A stretch of 64,000 nucleotides of DNA from Hyphomicrobiaceae bacterium (GCA_031393505.1 JANMVX010000175.1:3536-67535), one strand, 5' to 3'; positions 10,136 through 19,678 are shown, counted from the first letter of the stretch. Made by a program: numbers and translations. Notes: a model not told the origin generated them from the letters alone.

Positions 10136-10917
10136 GGTGTCAGACACTTGCGAGCCGCAAGTGTCTGACACCCAGTTACTTTGTCCGGGACATTACCTAG
10201 GTGCGCAACTTGTGGGCAGGACCTAGACAACAGGTTCTGCGCCCGGCACACAGTGCGGTACCGACATGTCCAGACCACAGCGTAACGACTTTGATGGCGC
10301 ATGGCATCATGTCATGAACCGGGGTTCGGGACACCGTCCGGTGTTCCGCGACACGCTGGACCGGATCGTCTTTCTTGAACTGTTGGCGGACGCTGCCCGC
10401 CGCCACCTGGTGGCCGTTCACGCCTATTGCTTGATGGGCAATCACTTTCACATTCTTGTGGAGAACCGCGGCGGCTCGGTCGCCAAGACCATGCAAGATT
10501 TGAGTGGCCGCTACACGCGCCGATTTAACGCCCGTGAAGGGCAAGACGGGCCGATTTTTCGAGGCCGATACCATTCTGTCGAGGTTCGTGGCGATGCACA
10601 TTTGCTGCTGGTCAGTCGTTACATTCACGCCAATCCTGTCGCTGCGGGTCTCTGTTCGGATTGCCGCGACTGGCGATGGTCGAGCGCACCAGCTTATCTG
10701 GGATTGGCGCCGAGACCCGTTTGGCTGATGACATCATTTGTTCTTTCTTTGTTTTCAGAACCAACAACGACCGCTTACGGACAATTCATGGCCGCTGGGA
10801 TCGATGGGCCGACCACCGCCTTCTACGCCGGTGACGGGCTGCGCGTTGTCTTTGATCCTGAGTTTGAACAGGGCGCACTGGGTGTCAGACACCCACGAAA
10901 AGCGGGTGTCTGACACC
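10136..10917 (+). mobile_element. REPtron: RayT (REP-associated tyrosine transposase) gene flanked by REP hairpins
   Basis: Hairpin GGTGTCAGACACTTGCG-AGC-CGCAAGTGTCTGACACC at 10136..10172. Hairpin GGTGTCAGACACCC-N9-GGGTGTCTGACACC at 10881..10917. A Y1 transposase-like CDS lies between them. Confidence 0.7.
10266..10913 (+). CDS. REP-associated tyrosine transposase (IS200/IS605-like Y1 transposase, RayT)
   Basis: 215-aa ORF with the HUH-type motif (YCLMGNHFHILV) and YIHANPV. The 3' end runs into the downstream REP hairpin. Confidence 0.8.
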   Translation: MSRPQRNDFDGAWHHVMNRGSGHRPVFRDTLDRIVFLELLADAARRHLVAVHAYCLMGNHFHILVENRGGSVAKTMQDLSGRYTRRFNAREGQDGPIFRGRYHSVEVRGDAHLLLVSRYIHANPVAAGLCSDCRDWRWSSAPAYLGLAPRPVWLMTSFVLSLFSEPTTTAYGQFMAAGIDGPTTAFYAGDGLRVVFDPEFEQGALGVRHPRKAGV

Positions 10918-10926
10918 AAGTCCCCG

Positions 10927-12384
10927 TCAAGCTTGCCCGCCCGCCTCGCCGCCCTCTTCTTCGGCCAGAGGCCCACTGTCGCGCGCGGCCGCCGGCCGCC
11001 GCGGGACCAGCGGCACCGAGCGCACGTGATCCTCGATGTGTTCGATCATCAGCCCCGCGACGTCGCGGCCCGACAGGCCCTCGATCCCCTCCAATCCCGG
11101 CGAGGAATTCACCTCCAGCACCTTGATGCCGTCGTTCGCCTGCAGCAGATCGACGCCCGCCACCTGCAGCCCCATGGCCATGACCGCCTTGACGGCGATC
11201 TGGCGTTCCTCGCGCGTCAACTTCACCTCCTCGGCCTGCCCGCCCATATGCAAATTGGAACGGAAATCGCCCGCCGCCGCGCGCCGCCGCATGCTGGCCA
11301 CGACCCGGTCGCCCACCACCAGGCAGCGGATATCGGAACCGTCACTTTCCGCGATGAAGTCCTGCACCAGGAAGTCGGCTTCGGCGATCCGGAAGGCGCT
11401 GATTAAGGACTCGGCGGCCGCTTCGGTCGGGGCCAGCACGACGCCACGGCCTTGCGTACTGGCGAGCAGTTTTATGACCATCGGCGCGCCGCCAACCAGA
11501 TCGATCAGCTTTTGCGAATCCTTGCTGGAATGGGCGAACGCGGTCAGCGGCATCGGGATGCGGTGCTGGGCCAGGGTCTGATGCGCCAGCAGTTTGTCGC
11601 GCGAGACACCGATGGCCTGGGCTCGGTTCAGGCAGTAGGAGCCGAGGATCTCGAATTGGCGCACCACCGCCATGCCGTAGTGCGTGATAGAGGAGCCGAT
11701 ACGCGGAATGACCGCGTCGTAGAACGGCAAGGGTTGGCCATCGTGGTGAATGGCGGGGGCGGTGGTGTGGATGGACAGGTAGCAGCGCGCCGTGTCGATG
11801 ACGTCGACGTTGTGTCCCCGCGCAACGGCGGCGTCGCGCAGGCGCTGGCTGGAATAGCTGTCGGGCTCCCGGGTCAACAGGGCGATGCGCAAATTGCGGC
11901 GCAGCGTCGGGCTCGCGGTCGCACGCTCGTAGTGGGTATAACCGGACGAGCCCTGCTGGAACGACAAGGTGGGGCTGACCACCATATCGGACAGGATCGC
12001 CTGCCGGCCCAGCAGCATGCGGTAGGACATGGCCTGGCGGTTGGTCAGTGAAATCTCGATCGGCCAGCTGCGTTTGCCGATCTGCACCTGAGTTGCAATG
12101 ACATAACGCCATTCGGTCTCGCCATTGGACGAGGTGAACTGGCGGCGGTCGGCGACGGTGCCGGTGCAGAACACCTCGATATCGTCGCGTCCAGGCACCG
12201 GATGCACGCCAAAGCGCACCCGCCGGTGCCCTTCGCCGAAGGGCTCAATGGCGAAGGCATGCAGCGCCGAGGTTTTGGCGCCGGTGTCCACCTTCAGTTT
12301 CAAGGCCGGCAGCCCGAGGTCGGGAAGGCTGGCCCATTCTTCCCAGCCGAGCACGAATGCATTTGCGCCAACTGTGCTCGCCAT
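10927..12384 (-). CDS. rimK: fusion of a retropepsin-like (DUF785, 'ATP-dependent zinc protease') domain with RimK-type ATP-grasp alpha-L-glutamate ligase
   Basis: ORF 10927..12786. Start moved to ATG 12384 (MASTVGANAF). N-terminus LGWEEWASLPDLGLPALKLKVDTGAKTSALHA. C-terminal RimK motifs (MVIKLLASTQGRGVVL, DIRCLVVGDRVVASMRR, VAGVDLL, VLEVNSSPGLEGIE). Confidence 0.8.
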   Translation of the reverse strand: MASTVGANAFVLGWEEWASLPDLGLPALKLKVDTGAKTSALHAFAIEPFGEGHRRVRFGVHPVPGRDDIEVFCTGTVADRRQFTSSNGETEWRYVIATQVQIGKRSWPIEISLTNRQAMSYRMLLGRQAILSDMVVSPTLSFQQGSSGYTHYERATASPTLRRNLRIALLTREPDSYSSQRLRDAAVARGHNVDVIDTARCYLSIHTTAPAIHHDGQPLPFYDAVIPRIGSSITHYGMAVVRQFEILGSYCLNRAQAIGVSRDKLLAHQTLAQHRIPMPLTAFAHSSKDSQKLIDLVGGAPMVIKLLASTQGRGVVLAPTEAAAESLISAFRIAEADFLVQDFIAESDGSDIRCLVVGDRVVASMRRRAAAGDFRSNLHMGGQAEEVKLTREERQIAVKAVMAMGLQVAGVDLLQANDGIKVLEVNSSPGLEGIEGLSGRDVAGLMIEHIEDHVRSVPLVPRRPAAARDSGPLAEEEGGEAGGQA

Positions 12385-12516
12385 CGTTGCAGCCCTTGAA
12401 CCGTCCGAACCAGCGGCAGCCTTAGCATGGGCCGAGCGCAGCTGTCCCAATTCGGCCCCTTTCTGCGGCACAACGGTAGCAACGAACGCCGAGAGCCTTT
12501 GCAAGGAGTCTGTGAA

Positions 12517-13035
12517 GTGGGGTTTTGGCCGCATTGGAAGCGGGTGGACGCGCTTGGCGTCGCCATCGCCGCTACGCTTGGCTGTGCGGCTGCCGCTGGC
12601 GCCGCCGACCAGACTGCGGTCAAAGCGCAGCACGGCTTTTGGCAGGTCGTCTGCAAGACGCCGGAAGGCGCCAAGGCTGAACTCTGCGCGCTGGTTCAGG
12701 ACGTGACCAGCGAGAGCAATCCCGATGTGCAGTTGTCGGTGCAATTCCACCAGGCGCCGGACGGGTCCAAAGTGCTGCGCGTGCACGCTCCTTTGGGACT
12801 GCTGCTGCCGCCCGGGCTCGGCCTGCAGATCGACAAGGAAAAGGTTGGAAATGCACCATTCGTGCGTTGCCAGGTGGTCGGCTGCGTCGCTCAGGTGAGC
12901 GTGCCGCCGGACCTGCTGGCGAAGTTTACCGCTGGCAAGACGGCCTGGTTCGTCATCTATCAGACCAAGGAACAGGGCATCGGCATTCCGGTTGCGCTCG
13001 AAGGTCTGGGCGAGGCGCTTGCGGAATTGAAGTAG
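12517..13035 (+). CDS. invasion-associated locus B (IalB) family periplasmic protein
   Basis: ORF 12427..13035. GTG 12517 is preferred (AAGGAG at 12503-12508, signal-peptide-like N-terminus). Motifs WQVVCK...CALVQ, PLGLLLPPGLGLQID, FVRCQVVGCVA. Confidence 0.75.
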   Translation: MGFWPHWKRVDALGVAIAATLGCAAAAGAADQTAVKAQHGFWQVVCKTPEGAKAELCALVQDVTSESNPDVQLSVQFHQAPDGSKVLRVHAPLGLLLPPGLGLQIDKEKVGNAPFVRCQVVGCVAQVSVPPDLLAKFTAGKTAWFVIYQTKEQGIGIPVALEGLGEALAELK

Positions 13036-13042
13036 CGCCAGC

Positions 13043-14233
13043 CTAGGGGTGGTCCGTCTTGACGACGAGCGCCATCAGCGCCACCGCAAACAGGAACACC
13101 GCCAGAGCAAGCATGCCAGCCTGCAGGCCGATGGCCGTCGCCAAGCTGCCCATCACCACCGGCCCAATCAGGAACCCGGTGTATCCGGAGGTTGCCGCCA
13201 TCGCGATGCCGACGGCAGGCGTGGCGCTCAACCGTGCGGCCGCGCTGAACAACACCGGCACCAGGTTGCCCAATCCAAAACCGGCGATGCCAAAGCCGAT
13301 GACGGTCGGCAAGACGCCCAAGGCCGCCGATGCCAGCACCATGCCGGCAGCCGCCATAACGGCACCCGATCCGATCAGAAGCTTGGGCCCGAAGACGCGC
13401 GAGGCGTGATCGCCAATCAGTCGAGCGGCCAGCATCGAGCCGGAAAAGCTGGCGTAGCCGAGCACCGCGCTGGCGGCGTCGGCCTTCACCACCGAGGCCA
13501 GATAGACTCCGCACCAGTCGGCCACCGATCCTTCGCTCAACATGGCCAGGAACACGGCGAGGCAGACAGGCAGGACAGCGCCGCTTGGCATGGCGAGGCG
13601 TGGCCCCGAGGCGGCGCTCTCGCCGCGGCCCAGCGGCAGCCAAGCCGACGCAAACAAAAGCGCCGCCAGCGCGGTGGCCCCGATCAGAATGAAGCTTGGA
13701 TCGCGGCCGCTCACCAACAGCAAGGTCGCCATGCCGGCGCCTGCAAAACCGCCTGCGCTCCAGGCCGCGTGGAACGACGACATGATGGCCGCGCCCCAGC
13801 GCCGTTCGACGAAGCTGGCCTCCACATTCATGCAGACATCCATGCTGCCGTTGGCCGCGCCAAACAGGAACCCGGCAACGCACATGCCGGCCATATTCGG
13901 AACCAGCAGCGGCAGGATCAACGCCAAGACCAGGGCGATGGACAGGCTACGGCTGCTGACGCCGGAGCCGACTTTGGCGGCAAATACGCCCGCCAGGGGC
14001 ATCGACACGACGGCGCCGGCCGCAACGCACAACAGCACGATGCTGAGCGAGGCGTCCGTCAGCGTCAGCCGCGCCTTCATCGATGGGATATAGGCCGCCC
14101 AGCCGCCATTGGCGAAGCCATGGCCGAGAAACAAGGCAAGCGTCGCGAGGCGCTCCGCCACCGGGCGCGCCTGCGCCCCAGTCGTCGTCGCAGCTGTCAA
14201 CGTCATCCCCCCAAACGATGCGGCGAACGCCAA
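13043..14233 (-). CDS. MFS transporter
   Basis: 396-aa polytopic ORF with about 12 hydrophobic segments. Its stop/start abuts the upstream regulator gene by 1 bp. Confidence 0.85.
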   Translation of the reverse strand: MAFAASFGGMTLTAATTTGAQARPVAERLATLALFLGHGFANGGWAAYIPSMKARLTLTDASLSIVLLCVAAGAVVSMPLAGVFAAKVGSGVSSRSLSIALVLALILPLLVPNMAGMCVAGFLFGAANGSMDVCMNVEASFVERRWGAAIMSSFHAAWSAGGFAGAGMATLLLVSGRDPSFILIGATALAALLFASAWLPLGRGESAASGPRLAMPSGAVLPVCLAVFLAMLSEGSVADWCGVYLASVVKADAASAVLGYASFSGSMLAARLIGDHASRVFGPKLLIGSGAVMAAAGMVLASAALGVLPTVIGFGIAGFGLGNLVPVLFSAAARLSATPAVGIAMAATSGYTGFLIGPVVMGSLATAIGLQAGMLALAVFLFAVALMALVVKTDHP

Positions 14234-14234
14234 G

Positions 14235-15191
14235 TCATACCGCCAGCAGCGCGGTCGCAGTCGCCTCGTCGGTGATCAAGCCACTGATCAGCTGGCTTGT
14301 CAGCGCGGCGCGAAGGGCCGGCACTTTGCGAGCGCCCATGGCCGCGCCGATCACAAGGCAGGTCTCGCGCGACGGGATCGGGGCGCTGGCCACGCGCGCG
14401 TTGGTGAGGCCTTCGATCAGATGGCCCTCGGCGTCGAACGCCCAGCCGACGATTTCGCCCACGGCGCCGGCGCGTTGCAGGGCTTCCAATTCAGCGCTGG
14501 TGAGAAAGCCGTCCATCGCCAGCGGAGCCGCAGACCCAAGTTCGCCGACGCCGACGAAAGACACATCGGCGCTGGCGGCCAGCGCCAGCGTATCGTGGAT
14601 GAGTTTGGGACCATGCAACAGGCCGCGCTCATCCGCCGACGAGGCGAACACCGGCAGCGGGAACGGGAAGTGGCGCGCCTTGATCGCATCGGCCATGCTG
14701 AAAATGACATTGTAGTAGGCGGCCGAACCGTCCGGGCCGATGTTGCCGGTGAGCGACACGACGCGGTGCTGCGGGCAATCCATGCGCGGCAGGAGATCGG
14801 CGGCGGCCTTGAGCGTGCGCCCCGTGCCCATGGCGAGTACGAGAGGCTCCACCGAGCGTAAGCGGCGCTCGATCTCGACCGCGACGGCTTCAGCGATGCC
14901 AAGCGTTGTTGATGTTGAGGCCGGATCGCTCGGCACCACCTCGACATGGGCCAAGCCAAAGCGGGCGCCAAGCCGGTCGGCAAGATCCATGGTTTCGGCG
15001 ATGGGGTGTTCGAGCCGGACCCGGATCAGCCCCTCGGTCACCGCCAGCGAGACCAGTCGCTGCGCCGTCTGGCGTGAAACGCCGAGCTTGGTGGCGATGT
15101 CTTCCTGGGTGTTGCCAGCGACATAGTACAGCCAGCCAGCACGCGCGGCGTCGTCAAGTCGCTGGTCCGAAGAGTCCTTGCGCCGGGTCAT
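14235..15191 (-). CDS. SorC/DeoR-type sugar-binding transcriptional regulator
   Basis: 318-aa ORF. N-terminal HTH (QEDIATKLGVSRQTAQRLV) followed by a SorC-like sugar-binding domain (GTGRTL...VSLTGN). Confidence 0.85.
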   Translation of the reverse strand: MTRRKDSSDQRLDDAARAGWLYYVAGNTQEDIATKLGVSRQTAQRLVSLAVTEGLIRVRLEHPIAETMDLADRLGARFGLAHVEVVPSDPASTSTTLGIAEAVAVEIERRLRSVEPLVLAMGTGRTLKAAADLLPRMDCPQHRVVSLTGNIGPDGSAAYYNVIFSMADAIKARHFPFPLPVFASSADERGLLHGPKLIHDTLALAASADVSFVGVGELGSAAPLAMDGFLTSAELEALQRAGAVGEIVGWAFDAEGHLIEGLTNARVASAPIPSRETCLVIGAAMGARKVPALRAALTSQLISGLITDEATATALLAV

Positions 15192-15234
15192 GGCGCGGAC
15201 GGTATAGGGCTATTGGGGCGGCCGCAATGGTGCT

Positions 15235-15428
15235 GGGGACATGATGTTCATCGCCAGCCAGCCAAAGCCCTATGCGGTATGAGACCGGTCCATTGCTGGC
15301 GATGAACTTCGTGTCCCCGGTCTACCGTGGGTGCGCGGCAGACCGGCGACACGAACTTCATGTTCGCCTGCGCAGATGGTTGGTCAGCGGAAGCGGCGGT
15401 GATGGGCGAACATGAAGATCATGTCCCC
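15235..15428. repeat. four copies of a 24-nt motif (GGSGACAYGAWSTTCATSKYSSCC) in alternating orientation, forming two tandem hairpins
   Basis: Copies at 15235-15258 (+), 15295-15318 (inverted), 15345-15368 (+) and 15405-15428 (inverted). A 7-bp stem CCGGTCT/AGACCGG lies between the pairs. Confidence 0.55.
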
Positions 15429-15432
15429 ACCG

Positions 15433-16764
15433 CTAATTCTGCACCGTCTTGTCGCCGCCCTTGCCGACCACGGTGATGATCAGCTGGTCGGGATGCAGCA
15501 GCTTTTTGGCCACGCGCTTGATGTCGTCCATAGTGACGGCCTCGACTTTACCGTTGCGGGTGTCGATGTAGTCAATCGGCAGGTCCTGCATCTGGATGCC
15601 CAACAGCTGGCCGGAAATGGCGCCGCTGGAGGCGAAATTCAGGGCGTAGGAGCCGGTCAGATAGGTCTTGGCGTCGGTCAGTTCCTCGGGCTTGGGTCCG
15701 TCCTTGGCGACCTGTTCAAGCTGGGTGCGGATCACCTCCAGCGACTTGGCCATGGCGTCGGTCTTGGTGGCGACGCCGCCCATGTAGACCGACGAGCGCT
15801 GCAGCGGCAGGATGTAACTGTAGACCGAATAGGCCAGTCCGCGCTTTTCGCGCACTTCGTCCATCAGCCGCGAGGCGAAACCGCCGCCGCCGATGATGTA
15901 ATTGAGAATGTAGGCGGCGATGAAGTCCGGGTCCTTGCGCGCCATGCCGATATGGCCGAAGTGGGCGACCGACTGCGGGATGTCCATTTCCACCGTGTGC
16001 ATGCTCGGGCCGCCCTGCGGCTCGATCTGCGCCACCGGCGCCAGGTCAGCCTTGGCCGCGAGGCCGCCGAACACCTTGTCGAGGAATTTCCCGAGCGTTT
16101 CGGCGTCGATATCGCCGACGACGGCGACTTTCAGGTTGTTGCGGGCGAACACGCGGTCGCGGTATGTCGCCAGATCCGCCGGGACCATCGCCGTCACCGA
16201 AGCCATGGTGCCATCGACGGGACGGCCATAGGGGTGGCCCTTGAAGGCAGTTTCGAACCAGGTTTCCTCGACGACTTTGTCAGGGTCCTTGGAGGCAAAC
16301 GAGATGTTGGCCAGCAACTGGCCGCGGACGCGATCCAGCGCATCGGCGTCAAAGCGCGGTTTCGCCAACGCCAGGGCCAACAGATCGCCAGCTTTCTCGC
16401 GGTTAGCCGTCAAGCTCTGGAACGTGCCGGTCAGGCTATCGCGGCCCGCTTCGTGGCGCATCTTGGCGGTCTGCTCTTCCATTTGTTGCTGGAAGTCCGC
16501 GGACTTGATGTCGCCGGCGCCCTCATCGAGCATGGCGGTGATGAAGTTGGCCACACCCGGCTTGTCGGTGGGATCCTGCGAGGAACCGCCCATAAAACCG
16601 TATTGCATGGTCAGCAGCGGCAGGCCGTGTTCTTCGACCAGCCAGGCTTCGATTCCGCCGGGGCTTTTCACGCTTTGGATCTTCATGGCGTTGGCGGTAC
16701 CCGTGCTGAGATGGAGGCCGAGGGCGAGCGCCCCGAGAGCGGCGATGCGGGAGATCGAATTCAT
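15433..16764 (-). CDS. M16 (pitrilysin) family peptidase, non-HxxEH subunit
   Basis: 443-aa ORF with a signal peptide and M16 C-terminal-type fold motifs. No HxxEH motif. Paired with the upstream M16 gene. Confidence 0.85.
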   Translation of the reverse strand: MNSISRIAALGALALGLHLSTGTANAMKIQSVKSPGGIEAWLVEEHGLPLLTMQYGFMGGSSQDPTDKPGVANFITAMLDEGAGDIKSADFQQQMEEQTAKMRHEAGRDSLTGTFQSLTANREKAGDLLALALAKPRFDADALDRVRGQLLANISFASKDPDKVVEETWFETAFKGHPYGRPVDGTMASVTAMVPADLATYRDRVFARNNLKVAVVGDIDAETLGKFLDKVFGGLAAKADLAPVAQIEPQGGPSMHTVEMDIPQSVAHFGHIGMARKDPDFIAAYILNYIIGGGGFASRLMDEVREKRGLAYSVYSYILPLQRSSVYMGGVATKTDAMAKSLEVIRTQLEQVAKDGPKPEELTDAKTYLTGSYALNFASSGAISGQLLGIQMQDLPIDYIDTRNGKVEAVTMDDIKRVAKKLLHPDQLIITVVGKGGDKTVQN

Positions 16765-16778
16765 GTGAGGGTCTCCCG

Positions 16779-18158
16779 TTAGGATTTCTTGGCGATGGCG
16801 ATTTGGTCGTCCGGCGTTGGCTCAAGCCAACCGGTGACCGATCCCTTGATGTTCAGGTATTTGGCAGCGACCTTCTTGATGTCGTCCGCGGTCACCTGTT
16901 TCAAGCGGTTTGGCCAATCCTCGACGTCGGCAATGGTCTGGCCGTTCACCAGGCCCCAGCCGTAGCGGCGGGCCAGCGCGCCGATGCCGTCGCTTTCGTA
17001 AACGTAACTGGCGATATACTGATTGCGAGCGCTTTCCAATTCTCGCGGCGTCACGCCGTTGGTCACGATATCGGCGATGACCTTGTCCATTGCCGCTTCC
17101 AGATCAACCAGCTTCACGCCGTCCGCCGCCACGCCGTAGAACGCGATCCGCCCGGTATCGAGCGCCTCGCCCGAGTATCCGGCTTCGGCGCTGGAGGCGA
17201 TTTTCTGCTCGACCACCAGCGACTTGTAGAGCCGGCTGGTCGAGCCGCCGCCCAGCACTTTCATCATCAGATCCAGCGCTTCGGCTTCGCGCGGGCCGGC
17301 CTTAGCGTAGGCGGGGCCGATATAGTGGCGCACCAGCGTGGCCTGCCCGGCGCGCTCGTCAACCATGTTCACGCGCTTGGGCGCAACTGACGGCGGCTCG
17401 GATGGGCGCGGCGCGCGCAGCGTCGCCGGATTGGCGGCGATCTTGCCGTAGGTGGCCTTGGCCAGTTTCAGCACGTCCTCCGGCTCCACATCGCCCGCAA
17501 CCACCAGGATCGCATTGTTGGGCGCGTAGTAGCGGTGGTAAAACGTGAAGGCGTCTTCGCGGCTGAGCTTGGCCATCTCATGGAACCAGCCGATGACCGG
17601 CGTTCCATAGGGATGGTTCTGGTACAGCGTCGCGCGCATCTGCTCGTCGAGCTGGGAGCCGGGATCGTTCTCGATGCGCGAGCGGCGCTCTTCGAGAATC
17701 ACGTTGCGCTCGGTTTCGACATCCTTTTCCAACAACTTCAGGTTGGCCATCCGATCCGATTCCATCTCCATGATCAGCGGCAGCCGATCCTTGGCCATGG
17801 CCTGATGATAGGCGGTGGAATCGTTGCTGGTGAACGCGTTGTCCTGCCCGCCATTGCGGGCGATGATCTTGGAGAACTGGCCGGGGCCGATTTTCTCGGT
17901 GCCCTTGAACATCAGATGCTCGAGGAAATGGGCGATGCCCGAAGTGCCGCGCACTTCGTCCGAGGAGCCGACCTTGTACCAGACCATGTGCTGCACCACC
18001 GGCGCGCGATGATCCGGGATCACCACCACCTGCATGCCGTTGTCGAGCTTGTACTCGACGGCGCGCGGCGAGGAGGCAACGCTCAGATTCGGGAAACTGG
18101 CCTGCAAGGTCATGATCACTATGCTTGAAAGGAGGGCAAGGGAGCGGTTGGGACGCAT
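16779..18158 (-). CDS. M16 family zinc peptidase (HxxEH active-site subunit)
   Basis: ORF 16779..18248. Start moved to ATG 18158 (MRPNRSLALL, signal peptide). Contains HFLEHLMFKG. Confidence 0.85.
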   Translation of the reverse strand: MRPNRSLALLSSIVIMTLQASFPNLSVASSPRAVEYKLDNGMQVVVIPDHRAPVVQHMVWYKVGSSDEVRGTSGIAHFLEHLMFKGTEKIGPGQFSKIIARNGGQDNAFTSNDSTAYHQAMAKDRLPLIMEMESDRMANLKLLEKDVETERNVILEERRSRIENDPGSQLDEQMRATLYQNHPYGTPVIGWFHEMAKLSREDAFTFYHRYYAPNNAILVVAGDVEPEDVLKLAKATYGKIAANPATLRAPRPSEPPSVAPKRVNMVDERAGQATLVRHYIGPAYAKAGPREAEALDLMMKVLGGGSTSRLYKSLVVEQKIASSAEAGYSGEALDTGRIAFYGVAADGVKLVDLEAAMDKVIADIVTNGVTPRELESARNQYIASYVYESDGIGALARRYGWGLVNGQTIADVEDWPNRLKQVTADDIKKVAAKYLNIKGSVTGWLEPTPDDQIAIAKKS

Positions 18159-18349
18159 TTGGTCTCTTTTTGCGGTGGCACTCCGGCCCGGGGTCGCGAA
18201 CCGACGCGGGGCCTTTGGCGTTTCCAGGCAAAATCGCATGGCTTTCATGCGAACATGAGGGTCACCATGAGGCCAGGGTGTTCGTCAGGTCAAATTACGA
18301 ATTCTTCATGGCCTAGGCAGGATTTAAGCAGAATTGCGACCGCGCCGCC

Positions 18350-19678
18350 TCAATCGCACAGATCTATCATGTGGAAAAAGCTGCCCGAGACGGATCCGCG
18401 CCGCGCGCCGCGTTCGGGTTGAGGGGCTCCCTCGGCATCGGTGATGTCGGCCAGGGGTGCGTCATCGAGGCTGAGGACGCTGGAATAGTGGAATTCGTGG
18501 CCGCGCCGTTTTTGGCCGCGCTTGCCGATGGCGCAGTCGGCCGCGAGCGTCGCTTGCCGGTAGCCAAGGTGCAGTTTGCGCTTGGCGTAGGAGGTTTCCA
18601 GCGAGAGCAGCCCGGCCATGGCGTGGCGGGTTCCGTCGGCGGTGACGAGGCCGTCGCCAAGCACCATGAAGCCCCCGCATTCACCGTGGACCACCGCGCC
18701 GGCGGAGGCGGATTTGCGCAATCCGGCGAGGAATTCTTCGGCGGCCGCGATCTTTCCGGCGTGCAGTTCGGGATAGCCGCCGGGCAGCCAGATCGCCCCC
18801 GCCGAGGGATCGGGCCTTTCGTCGGCCAGCGGCGAGAAGAGCGAAATCTCGGCCCCGGCGGCGCGCCAGGACGCCAGCATATGCGGATAGACAAAGGAGA
18901 AGGCGGCGTCGCTGGCCAGGGCGATGCGCTGCGCGGGTGGAGCAAGTTGGCGGCTCGGAACGCGCTCAGTAACCAAGCCTGTCGCCGCGAGCGCCCGCAG
19001 GGCAGCAAGCTCAACATGCTCGGCCACGAAGGCGCCAATGGCAGACAGTTTCTCGCGCAGCCCCTCGGTTTCACCGGCCTGCACCAGCCCCAAATGCCGC
19101 TCGGGCAGGGAAATTTCATCGCGGCGTGGCAGGGCGCCCAGAACGCGGAAACCCGCCGTTTCCAGCGCTCCCGCAGCCAGTTTCCGGTGCCGCTCGCTGC
19201 CGACACGGTTCAGGATGACGCCCGCAATGGTCACGTCGGGCCGCAGCGTCGCGCAGCCCAGCGCGACTGCGGCAACCGTCTGCGCCTGCCCCGAAACATC
19301 CAGGACCAGCACCACCGGCCAGCCGGTTGCAGCGGCAATGTCGGCGGTCGCTCCCGTCCCCCACGCGCCCCTGGTTGCAACGCCATCAAACAGGCCCATG
19401 ACGCCTTCGCAGAGGGCCAAATCCGCCCCCGCAGAATGCTCCGCGATAAGATGATCGACAGTCCCGCGTTGCATCGCCCAGCTGTCGAGATTGAAACTCG
19501 GCCGCCCGGTTGCGGCCGCATGAAACGCCGGATCGATATAGTCCGGACCGCATTTGAAGGGCTGAACGCACACGCCCGCCGCCGTCAGGGCGCTTAAGAC
19601 TCCCAACGTCACCGTCGTCTTGCCCCCGCCCGAGCGGGGCGCGGCGATGATCAGGCCCGGGACGGGTTGCAGCAACAT
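18350..19678 (-). CDS. cobB: hydrogenobyrinate/cobyrinate a,c-diamide synthase
   Basis: ORF 18350..19744. Start at ATG 19678 (MLLQPVPGLIIAAPRSGGGKTTVTLG). PFKCGPDYIDP motif and a C-terminal GATase (GECGGFMVLG). Confidence 0.9.
   Translation of the reverse strand: MLLQPVPGLIIAAPRSGGGKTTVTLGVLSALTAAGVCVQPFKCGPDYIDPAFHAAATGRPSFNLDSWAMQRGTVDHLIAEHSAGADLALCEGVMGLFDGVATRGAWGTGATADIAAATGWPVVLVLDVSGQAQTVAAVALGCATLRPDVTIAGVILNRVGSERHRKLAAGALETAGFRVLGALPRRDEISLPERHLGLVQAGETEGLREKLSAIGAFVAEHVELAALRALAATGLVTERVPSRQLAPPAQRIALASDAAFSFVYPHMLASWRAAGAEISLFSPLADERPDPSAGAIWLPGGYPELHAGKIAAAEEFLAGLRKSASAGAVVHGECGGFMVLGDGLVTADGTRHAMAGLLSLETSYAKRKLHLGYRQATLAADCAIGKRGQKRRGHEFHYSSVLSLDDAPLADITDAEGAPQPERGARRGSVSGSFFHMIDLCD

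Noticed and set aside
13049-14275. 408-aa + strand ORF antisense to the MFS transporter
   Set aside because: The highly basic R/H/Q/G-rich translation is implausible as a protein. The opposite strand encodes a coherent 12-TM transporter.
15412-16782. 456-aa + strand ORF antisense to the M16 peptidase gene
   Set aside because: It is the mirror frame of a well-supported CDS. Its composition (G/A/R/D/H-rich) is typical of high-GC antisense ORFs.
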